From contig MQRK01219574.1 in assembly GCA_001938485.1 (NCBI GenBank), positions 62,001 to 126,000 of the forward strand: DNA of 64,000 nt, written 5' to 3'. A model generated the notes under the pieces. The model had not been told where the DNA came from. It searched no databases and saw only the letters and a list, made by a program, of their open reading frames with translations. Numbering within the stretch: the first letter of the stretch is position 1; each line of letters starts with the position of its first letter. The translations under genes were made by a program, and so were the position numbers. The stretch comes from Girardia tigrina (Eukaryota). Shown here piece by piece: positions 1 to 10,800 of this stretch.

Positions 1-630
1 AAGAGAAGGCAGCGACTCGCTATGGACGTGACACACACATCCGAGGGAAATAACATGACACTGGCTGATGGTGAGCCACGCAGGTTCTCGGTTTGAAGGG
101 GGATTGCTTCATAATGCGAACGAGATTTACGTGTCACTCTGAAAGCAGTGTTCATGAATTTGGTCCACCACGAGAGCTTCTATGAAATAATTTCACAACT
201 CATTGCAGAGTGGCAATCCGACGATTTTAGTCAGAAATGGGGTTCTAAATGCGGCTTCGGTGCGCAACTCAACCCAGCGGAAACGGTATCGTCGAACTCT
301 GCCATCGGATAATCAAACGAATGGTAGTGCGGAGTGCGAAGTCGGTCCACAATATGATATATGGATTTTGAAGGGCGTTATTACGGCGTTCACGGTAATT
401 GCACAACGGCGGCCACTACCGGTACTGACCGATTTTGCCCACCAGTTCTCAAGGGACAGAGGAGTTTTGCAGATAAGGGAACTACGAGTAGGAGACGACC
501 TGTTCATGAAACCAGCGAATGTGACGCGCACGACTAAATGGAGACAAACAGTCCTGAGCGGATTTCAACCAACCGAATCAAGTCAAGATTGATGGGGTGC
601 CGTTCAACATGTCGCACATCAATAATGCCA
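1..630 (+). mobile_element. Degenerate Ty3/gypsy integrase fragment
   Basis: Reading across stops and frameshifts gives FGPPRELL, QPSGNGIVELCHRIIKRM (from 270), LRVGDDLFMKPAN..TTKW and QVKIDGVPFNMSHI. Confidence 0.75.
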
Positions 631-2371
631 ACGGGGACTATCAAATTCGCGAGCAGTCTTCGGATCGACGAATGCAGGCGACTGCAATGAAAGCTCGGAC
701 CAGGAGGACAAGCAGACAAGGAATAGAATAACGGATGCCGTTGAAAGCAGTCAGACTCAATCCGATGAGGTGCGAAAACCGAGATTACTTGTGCACAATA
801 GTGACAGCACCAGACAAGAGCGTGACTCTACAGTGCACAGACGGCGTATGGGTTTGTGCCTTGAAGGCAAGTGAGAATGTAGTGGAAATGTCAGAAAGTT
901 GTTTGAATGAACAGAATTCGGAAATCATTGGAAACATTTATTGTAGTTAAATAAATTGTTTTTACGATATTCTCATTTACAGTTTTCTTAGTTCGTATGA
1001 CTTGAACCACAAGATTTTAGATAGTAATGTATATTTTACTTGCTCCAAATGTGTTAGGTTTTGATTTTTTTTGTTCATTTTAATATAGTTTGCAGACTGT
1101 TTCATTTGAGCAAATATCAGTCTAGTTTGTCTGTCGCTTTTGATAAACTGAAATTTTCATCAATGTGACCATTTGAATTTGACAGTAAAACCATGAATAT
1201 AACTTTTCTCTCGATTAGTTATTCTTCTCCAGATGTTGTGTCGTTGTTCCATCTAAACTTCACCAAAAATATTGATAATTTTCATTTTAGATTTATTGCA
1301 ATCAACTAAACAAATCACTAGAATTATTCAACTTAAAATTATTTGTCAGACTTCAATATTTTAGAATTATGTTTACAAACATCAAACAAAATTTATAGGA
1401 AATATCCTTTGAAGTTCCCAACCGAATCTGGATAATATAAATCCCCAAATGATTAATTGTGACAAACATGTGATTAACAATAATTTGAAAAAAATTGCAT
1501 TTGTTTTTATTTTCAAAAAAACACTATTATTATTAAAGTCTTTTAGTATTTCTTTTTGTCTTCTATTGTCTATTTTTTTAAATCTTTTTTGTTACCATAT
1601 TCATCCGTGTGAACACTGCATCATGGTCCTGATCACCAGTTGTTCATGTCTCCAAAGCTCTGCCCATTTTTATGATTGAAAAAATCTTGATTAGGTTAAC
1701 GTTTACTTTAAATCATTAAATTTTATAAGGCCAGTAGAAAATTGGACAAAGGGAGCTATGAGTAGAGCACAGTCAGAACAAACATGAATAATATACACCT
1801 ACTTTATAATAATGTTTGACAGGATCTCTCATTCAGTGGCGTGGCATTGAATGCAACTACTGCACCAAAAATTAGCTAAAATACGCGTCGATCAAATTGA
1901 ATGATAGATTAAGGGGTAAGTGTTTGACTGTGAAAGCTCGCAGCGTTAGATGAAATTTCATACCTATAATATAAAGGCCAAAGAAAAAGTCAGACGGGTT
2001 CCTGATTACAGGGAATAATAACAGAAAATCTCTAAGCCACCGTCTCGACTCTAGTATTTGTTAATAACGTGATTAAAAGCCAAATTTGGACAAGTGTCGA
2101 ATTCACGAACTCAAAAAATTTTAAATATTTAAATAAAACTTTTAAAAAAATCTTAGTTTAAAATGAAGTTTTTCGATAGTTCGCAATTCAAGCAATGTCT
2201 ACTAAACACCTTCGATTTATTTTTAGAGTTACGATCGAGATCACTGAAGAACTGTGAAGTATTTAGCCGAATTTATGAAGTGATTATGTAGATTATTACA
2301 GTTTTCGATTATTGATCAAATATTTTAATGTTTTTTTTCATAAGCTGTCTTTCTGAAGACGTTGTTGTATC

Positions 2372-3283
2372 TCAACAGAGGGTTTTTTGGTTCCAACGAT
2401 AGAGTAAAATAGCGGTATTGACTTTCTTTTTGACGACATTGCTCATATATTTTGACTGAACGAACACTTTCTGTTTGACCTTTTTTGAATGTTGAGCTAC
2501 CATGGAATTCTCTTTATTTTCATCAAATACTTCTAGAACTGTACAACTCGGAGACGAATTGATCATTCGATTCGATTTGTGAGATAGGACTTTGATTGAA
2601 GAACTGTCCAACGATTCATGGAGCTTTATATCTTCGAATTTTGAATTATCCATTTGTAATGACTCTGTTTTCTTACGCGCAAGAACTCTATCGATTTCTA
2701 CATAATCAGGATTGAAGAGACATTCATCTGGTTCATCAACACTGTTAATTTTCATATTCTTATTTCGTTTTAATTTTGATGAAAATGTTGGATCTGAGAT
2801 GGTTTCAGCAGATTTCCACTCACAATGAATGCATGAGAGTCCGCGTTCTTTTAGATAATATTCATCAAATTCTATTTCCGAACCTTTCGATGTTACATCT
2901 AATATGTCAGAAACGCTTACAATTTGCGATCCAAGAATCTTTTGAACAGCTATTTGCTGATTTTTTAAATTTAATTCAAAATTTGAATCATCATCACTAT
3001 TTATTGAATTTTCGTCATTTGCATTTATTTCATTGCCCACTTGAACAATTGCTATTTTGAGAATGAAATTCTTATTGCTAGTGTTTTGTCTAAGATTCGG
3101 CGATTGCACCATTCGAAATAGTTTTACTTGTGGAGATGCGCTCTCAATTCGACTGTCAGAGCTATTATAACCGCTCTCGCCTTCGCTCATCACTATCGGG
3201 AAAAGATCGACTGATTGAGACATCTGAAGTTCGTTATGTATTCGCTGTTTGTTGGCGAAAACACTGCCCTTCGTGTGCATCAC
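2372..3283 (-). pseudogene. CHD7/8/9 (Kismet)-like chromodomain gene fragment
   Basis: VQKILGSQ..EFDEYYLKERGLSCIHCEW..KLKR..LFNPDYVEIDRVL matches the CHD7-type chromo1 and linker pattern (EEFYVKYKNFSYLHCQW..LFNPDYVEVDRI). No SNF2 ATPase exons are visible nearby. Confidence 0.7.
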
Positions 3284-3287
3284 TAGA

Positions 3288-3687
3288 AAGAATAGATGGA
3301 AGTAGAAGAAACACGCAACTATTGTTTATAAATGATTATTCGCCAGTGCACATTGGGCAATTCTCGGGTTACAATTGAAGGTGCTAGTGCTTGTAGATCA
3401 TCTGCCATAAAGCCCAAATTTGGCACCGAGAGATTTTAACCTCTTCATACACTTAAAGAAGCATTTGAGTGGCATCCATTTTGGATTCAAAGTTGACTTG
3501 AAAGTGTCCTTGGAAGATTATTTTGCTGCATGTTCCTCAGAATTTGTCGAAAAGGTGTTTTCTGATTTGATTATTCGTTGGTAGAAGTGAGTGAAGCGAA
3601 TGAACATTAAGCTTGCTGTCTTAGAAAAAAGGCCCTTTTTAGAATTTGTTTTCTTTGTCAGGCTGGATACTTATTGAACACACCACG
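3288..3687 (+). mobile_element. Mariner 3' third with right TIR
   Basis: LLFINDYSPVH (LLHDNAPAH-like), LFIHLKKHLSG, EDYF..DLIIRW; ends GGATACTTATTGAACACACCACG followed by TA. Confidence 0.65.
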
Positions 3688-3695
3688 TAAATTAA

Positions 3696-3735
3696 CCCTT
3701 GGAGGATCCCTGGGGTCAGCGTATGACCCCCAGGA
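3696..3735. mobile_element. piggyBac-like terminus, one end only
   Basis: TTAA|CCCTT followed by subterminal hairpin GGGGTCA..TGACCCC. Confidence 0.4.
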
Positions 3736-5400
3736 ATATTTTAAAATGGTATTGCCAAAAATGGAATATTGCTCGGCTCTAGTTTTCTGTGACATAAAGA
3801 AGATAAATCTGGCTGGTAATGCCGAATTTATTTTATTTGTATGATGAGAGAGATACTACTAAACAAAGAAAAATACTATGTATGTAAGCAAATTTCAGTG
3901 ACAAAACACACATCATTCTTGAATAGTAAAACATGTAATATTAAAATTATTTTTAAAGCATTAAAAGTAAATTTGATTTTTTTAATCTTTAATCTTTTCG
4001 CAAGTTAAAGGAAGTAATGTATCTTGTAGGGAAAAAATATCTGAGTTAACATATGTTTTGTAAAGGTATTACTCGAATTGAACTATTGTTGTAGTTGCAC
4101 TAAAGAGCAGTATGTTCAGTGTTAATTGATTTATTAAATAACTTTTCTAAAGCTGTGTTCTACCAGGTGTTTGTTAAATGTACATCGGGAACCACACTGT
4201 GTGTTAATTGATTGTTGCAGATTTGAATAATTCATTGAAACTTTGTGCAGACTTATTCATTGATAATAAAGTGTTATTGAAGAATTTGTGTTTACTTCTC
4301 ATATATTTGTGTAGGATGAATCTTTTGTTCAGTTGGAGTTAGATAATAAAATTGAATTGAATAAAATTAAATTTAAAGTTAATTTAAATTCTCAACAATA
4401 CAAAGAAATTGAACAAACAAGAAAATTTCCTGGCAAATTTAATTACGGAGGATGAAACCCCACTCAGTATGTATTTGTATCAGAAGATGGGAAATTGTCT
4501 AGAGAAGAAAGAAACAATAAAAAAACTAAATGAAGCAAAAAATTCATGAGGGAAGTCATATTGAGATTGAGAAAAATTGTTTAAAAGAAGACAAAAAAAG
4601 TATCAAAGTATCAAAAAATATTGAAAGTATATTATAAAAATATCATCATTAAAACGGTATAGATCCCCATAACAAAACCAAAGAGCTTACTGTCGGTAAA
4701 TATATATTTGGAAAGATTGGCTATATACCGCACTAATTACACGATTAAAGCCTATTTATTAATAATTGATTGTTGACCAAGTTAATTTGCAATTTAGAGA
4801 GAAGCAAACACTACAGGAGCCGACGATGCAGTAATGATTCTTTGTAGCATACATACAAATTATTTTCACAATAACGTGTTAAAATTAATTATCGATGTCA
4901 CATTGATGATCAAGTACGAAAGGAATCATTGAGCTCTGTCATTGTACAATAAAAAGAAGTGTCAAGAGATCGAATATGTCGATTGCTGAAGCTGATTAAT
5001 GGTATATTATTGAGAAAGTTGAATTAAATCACCAAGTGATATATTATTTTATTACCATTCGAAGGTAGTTAGGGAAAAATTGAATGACGAATCGACCGAA
5101 GACAATTATAAAATATTTGAAGTAGATAAAGTTTTTGTCAAGCCTAGTCAAGATGTTCGATTAAAATCAATTGAGCCATGGAACAATCACCAAAAAAGTA
5201 GCCGAAACTAATATGAACTAACCACAATCTCAAGACACATTCAGGATATCCGAAAACAATCTGATAATAAGGCTTCTTTGGCAAATGATTTTATTGATGA
5301 CTCAAACACCATCAAAAATTAAAGCAATGTTGTTAATTTTAAGTCGAATACAGAGTTTAGAACTGCAGTGAAGAGAAAACTTATAAGGCATAATCAATAC

Positions 5401-5886
5401 TGTGAGGAATATTTTAAATTTGGAATGTTGAGTTTAGTATTTGGAAATGTGTTTCTCCCACCCAGATGGAAAATTGATATTTTGGATGTTCACGATGAAT
5501 AATTATTCGAGTATAATTTGCATTTTAAAGTACGGCATAAGATATTTAAAAAACTTAAAGAATATTAAATCGTTTAAAATTTGAATATTAAATAATTTTA
5601 TGAAAGTAGATATTTCTTAACTTATTTTTAAATTAATTAAATAAATGTTTTTCTTTAAATAAAATCATTTTTTAAAATTAAATTAATATTTAGATAAAAT
5701 TGTTACCGAAATTATAAAAGTAGAATTTTTAAAAATAAAATCTGAAAATAATGAAAAAAACATTAACAAAAATTTATCAGTTTAGAACGATGTCAAATTC
5801 TGAAAGCTTGGTTGAGAGTTGTCCAAAATGCAATTCAAATTGTATTGAAAATAAATATTCGAAAACCCATGTTGGTGTTCTTAATA
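5401..5886 (+). mobile_element. Solo LTR, group A
   Basis: TGTGAGGAATATT...GGTGTTCTTAATA flanked by the 5-bp TSD AATAC. Confidence 0.8.
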
Positions 5887-5950
5887 AATACGAAATTGGA
5901 ATCTAATTTTTCGCAAGGATGAAATTATGCTTTCTTAATCATATAAAATA

Positions 5951-6032
5951 CTCCCTCTTTCCGAAAATAAGAGTCCCATTTCAATTGGAAATTCATAAGA
6001 GAAATGACATTCTTATTTTCGGACAGAGGGAG
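5951..6032. mobile_element. 82-bp Stowaway-like MITE
   Basis: TA|CTCCCTCTTTCCGAAAATAAGA...TCTTATTTTCGGACAGAGGGAG|TA. Confidence 0.8.
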
Positions 6033-6700
6033 TAATTTGTTTAATTGAGTGATTTAAAACAGAATTTTTATTGTAATAAACTGCTTTAAGTTAGCTTATT
6101 TCTGATAAAACTACATGTGTTAATATAATTCAGATCCTGATCTTAGAAATATAATGTCCAGTTTGATTGATGGAGGTTGTGTCTCTGATAACATTAAGTG
6201 TTTGTTTGCTTTAAATTTCTGTTTCAATATCATAACAGGTAATTAGGTGTATATTTACAAAAAGAATAAACTCCGCTCAATTTATGCTGAATATGTAAAA
6301 CTAAATTATTTCTTTTACTTTTAAACAATGATTTTTAAAAAAATATTTTAAAATTGTTTTACCAAAGGAAATTCATAAATTTGGTCTTCATCTAGTATAA
6401 TTTTAGTCATTTTGAGAGCATAAATCTTTAATCGAAATCCCCCGACGTCTAGTCACCACCAGTGCCCTTGCTAAGTACCCTATTCCTGGCTATAACTGAC
6501 AGCGAGGAGCAGCAGTCAACCGATCGAGCTGCTGTCAAAACCTCCTTCCACCTTTGTCTAGAAAAATCAAAATTCAAATCTAAACAACAAAATTGATTAA
6601 TTATATTCACTAAACACTGGCAAATAGAAAAACTGTTTATCAAATCATACAATAACCAAAAAGAGGATTCCTGTACAGATTCTCCGTAAAATCAACCATA

Positions 6701-6706
6701 TTTATT
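6701..6706 (-). promoter_or_regulatory. Candidate poly(A) signal of CERT
   Basis: AATAAA on the minus strand about 500 nt after the stop codon; weak evidence in AT-rich DNA. Confidence 0.25.
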
Positions 6707-7200
6707 CACAGCCAATCGTATAAATATTGATACAAAATATATATATATATATATGTGTATATATAAGGAACACAAAAATATATGGATTGATAAGACAATA
6801 GACTCTATCCGTTCTCATTCAATAATAAATCATTGTCTTTTTAACAAATCACTCCTCATTTTCTATTACAAAACTTTAAATATTTCCTCTTCGTTTTTTC
6901 TGGTGAAATAAAATGGATTTTTTTATCAAGTATTGATTGTTTTTTGTTCACATTATACCAATAAAAACTCAAACAAGTCATCATTCACAAATCGATAAAG
7001 ATCACGAAATCAGTAGCAAATCGATGGACCCACAGACAGACAGACAGACACTTGACTCGACCAATATATTTCGAGAACAAAAAACCTGTTTCCATGAAAA
7101 CAATAACAAAAGATTCGAAAAAAAATTCAATATTTACTTTTCGGAAAAAATAAATCGATAATATAAAATGTGATTATAATTCTCCACAAACCGACACAAT

Positions 7201-7809
7201 TCAAAAATTCGGTTGCAGATTGGCAGTTTGATCAATGACGTATTGACTAAATCTTTTAATGAATCTCGGGTATTCTCTTCGGGCAACCGTCCTCAAAACA
7301 GAGGCCGGGGCCCAGCCGCCGGGATTGACACTACTGGCATAGAGTAGCTTACATTTCAGTCTGTCGCGGGGTATTGTACTGAGGTCAACGTCGGTCGAGA
7401 TCGGCTCACCGTTCTCGTCTTCGATAATCGTTTGGCAAATCAAAACCACATCTAGTATCAGACGAATCATTTGATTGGCTGATGTATGCTGTGGAGCTTT
7501 GTAATCGGTGGAATAGTTCATCACAATCCACATATTATAAGGCCGCTCGGAAGGGGGTGGGGGAATACAGCATACACTGGACAGCTGATTGTTGTCGATT
7601 TCCCGAATATGTGACCAGAAGACTGAGTCTCTCTGGGTGGTGGGCCAAACGCGCTTGTAGACCTGATGAAGTAGCACAGTGTCTGCACTGCAGTACTCAA
7701 GGACTGTCGGTGGCTGATCAATAGTTATTTCCCAATCCAATCGGTGTTTAACATCCCAAAAGTAGTGACAGATCTCCCTTGCTGTCACTCCTCTGACCTC
7801 GTGCATTAT
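7201..7809 (-). CDS. CERT1: CERT exon 7: rest of START domain to stop codon
   Basis: Acceptor AATCAG; [58 protein letters not shown]; TGA at 7201-7203. Confidence 0.95.
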   Translation of the reverse strand: MMHEVRGVTAREICHYFWDVKHRLDWEITIDQPPTVLEYCSADTVLLHQVYKRVWPTTQRDSVFWSHIREIDNNQLSSVCCIPPPPSERPYNMWIVMNYSTDYKAPQHTSANQMIRLILDVVLICQTIIEDENGEPISTDVDLSTIPRDRLKCKLLYASSVNPGGWAPASVLRTVARREYPRFIKRFSQYVIDQTANLQPNF

Positions 7810-10800
7810 CTGATTTAAACAAAACAAATTCAAAACGTTATTATACAAATTACAAATAAACTAGTAAATCAAAAAATTAATTTTTTTTATATTTATTATT
7901 AAAGCAGACAGAACTCTATTTTGCCAACAAAGTTTTGAAATTTAAAAAATTTTAATTAAAAAAATACATTAAAAATTAATTTAAACTATTTATAATTTAT
8001 AATTTATAATAATTTATAATTTAGATATCTTGCAATTAATATAGATCGGGAACTCCGAATTTTCCATTTTTCCCAGTTTGGGACAATAAAAAGTTTTTTC
8101 GATCAAATTTTTACGTAATCATTTATTATCATCGAGAATGAGTAAGCGTACAAAGGTTGAAAAAAATCGATTGAGTAAAAAGCCTTAAAAACAGGTTTCT
8201 AAATTCCATGGATATATACATATATATATACACATATATATATATATATAGGGTTGCCTCATAAGTTTTGTCGCACACATATATCTATGTTAACTGCAGA
8301 TATCCTTGCATCACATAAATAATTCTTATATATTTGCAATCCCTAATAAAATGTGAATTAGATAAAATAGCATTTGCCATCTACTTATGCCCAATAATTT
8401 TTATTTTTTGTTCTAAATGAATTTTTGTTTTAATAAAATAATAGTATTTTCGTAAATTTCGCACATTTTCATCATCCTAATGGATTTTAATCGCTCTGAT
8501 ATTCGTAAATTAATTTACTATTATTGGAAAACGGATTTAACACCCTCACAGATGACTGACGAAATTAACATGGCCCTTGGAGTTGAAACAGTCTCAAAGA
8601 GAACATGTGAAAGGTGGATTTCCAATTTTTGTGAAAACAACTTTAACACAGACGATCAAGTCCGCGAAGGACGGTCCTCTCTTGACATAGACGAGAAGAT
8701 AATCGAGTTTCTGACTGAGGACAAGCGCGCTACAACGAGGAACTTTGCAGAGGGAATTGATCAGGATAAAACCACGGTGTGCCGGCACTTGAATGCAATG
8801 GGATACCGATACCTGAAAAATTGCTGGGTGTCACACGCTCTGACGCAACAGAAAGTAAGTTAATAAAAAGAATGGAAAAGGAAGAAACAATGAACCATAA
8901 ATAAAAATAAACCAAGTACCCTCATTGGTTGACGAATAAAAATAATAAAATTGTGTTGTCATCATTTCTTACATGAATCAAGAAAAAATTCAATATAGAG
9001 GTGAAGGTTGCTGATTGATATATTAGGTTGGCTAATAACTATTAGTCATTTTTATATTTAAAATTATGCATTACAAGTAAAATGTTTTGACACAATAATA
9101 TATTGTGACTGAAGCCATTTTAAGCCCAATCTAAACGTGCAATCCGGATCCACAACTTAGCAGCACAACACCATACCAGTATCATGAGCTATCATCATAC
9201 TGTATGTATGCATTGGGTATTGACAAGGAGCCAATCCTATACAGAGGGCCAGATGCAGCGGAACATTTTATGCAACGTATGGAGACTTATGCCCACACAA
9301 TTGAAGACATGTTGCAACAACACAAGCTAGATGTGATGATGACATGGCAAGTAAAATGTGAATGGAGAAAGGCAACACAATGTTACTTGTGTGAAAAGTC
9401 ATTCACAAATGACAATCACAAAGTCAAAGACCAGTGTCATTTCACTGGAAAATATCGAGGAGCAGCATGTAATAACTGCGATTTGCGATGTAAAACATCT
9501 ACAAATGTTCATATTGTATTCCACAATCTTAGTGGATATGACTCCCATTTCATAGTAAGAGAACTGGGAAAAATCAGAGGGAATATAGATGTTATTCTAA
9601 ATAGTGAGGAAAAATACATCACATTTACCAAGCATGTGGGTAGAATTAAGCTACGATTCATCGATAGTTTCCGATTCATGTCATCATCCCTGGACAGCCT
9701 TGTCAAGAATCTTCCAGCAGATGAACTGAAGGAAACTAAAAAGTTCTTCCTAAATACATTTGACTTGGTCAAAAGGAAAGGAGTATTACCCTATGACTAC
9801 ATAACATCATTGAGATCGCTGGATGAAACAACATTGCCAGCAAAAGAGGCATTTTACAACAAGCTTAATGACACCGACATTAGTGATGCTGATTATCAAC
9901 ATGCACAAAATGTCTGGCAAGCTTTCAAATGCCAAACACTTGGGTAATATAGTGATGTATACCTCCAAACAGATGTGCTGCTTCTTACAGATGTCTTTGA
10001 GAGCTTTCGGGATGTGACACTTAAGAGCCACAAGTTGGATCAAGCTCATTTCTTTACATCACCAGGTATGATTTTGGCAGCAATGTTAAAATATACAAGC
10101 ATAAGGTTTCAAATCCTGAAATATTATGACATGATCCTCATGCTGGGAAAAAGGTATCTGAGGTGGAATCTGTCAGTCTAGTCATCGGTATGGTGAGGCA
10201 AACAACAAATACATGAAAAATTATGATCCACCCAAGGCATCCTCATACATAACATACTTGGATGCTAATAATTTATATGGATGGGCAATGAGTGCTCCAT
10301 TGCCTTTTGACAATTTCAAATTGGTGGATCAACCTGAAGACATCAAAATAGAAAAACTGAACCCTAATGGAGATGTGGGCTACATATTGGAGGTCGATGT
10401 TGAATATTCCAAATCCATCCATACAAGACATGAGCAGCTACCTTTTCTGCCTGAGAGAAAATTTCCTCATAGAGTCAATATCACCAAAACAACATAAAAG
10501 ACTTGACTGACAAGTGTTGCAGTATCTACCGTACATTCACGACTTAGCGCGCTCAGATTTTAATCTCTTTCCAACACTTTCAAATTCTATGCACGGTTTT
10601 TTGTAAATACTGATACAAAATCAATTCCTTGATGGGACGGATTCGTCGAGTTGAAGTTGTAAACAACCACGAAGGGTGTGTTAATGATTAATTTGTTGTT
10701 TAGGAAAAATAATCACGACTTGTTACCGAACGTAACGTATTGCATGAACCGTGTAATGGTATTTGTTGTATATAATTCTTTGTTAGAAAATGACAAATAT

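Noticed and set aside
1958-2056. Tiny Helitron-like segment ending CTAGT
   Set aside because: 3' hairpin unconvincing and no second copy in the window
4400-5400. Coding-like plus-strand stretch; similar stretches at about 29300-30150, 34280-34740 and 48350-49960
   Set aside because: Many stops and no motif I can identify reliably; needs a TBLASTX or HMM search
6435-6460. tRNA-like or primer-binding-site-like end (..GTCACCA)
   Set aside because: Only a partial match to a tRNA 3' end; no cloverleaf and no adjacent LTR
9204-10497. Functional host DNA polymerase or intact endogenous virus
   Set aside because: Has stops and a frameshift, lacks the C-terminal catalytic motifs, and has no capsid, ATPase or integrase genes nearby
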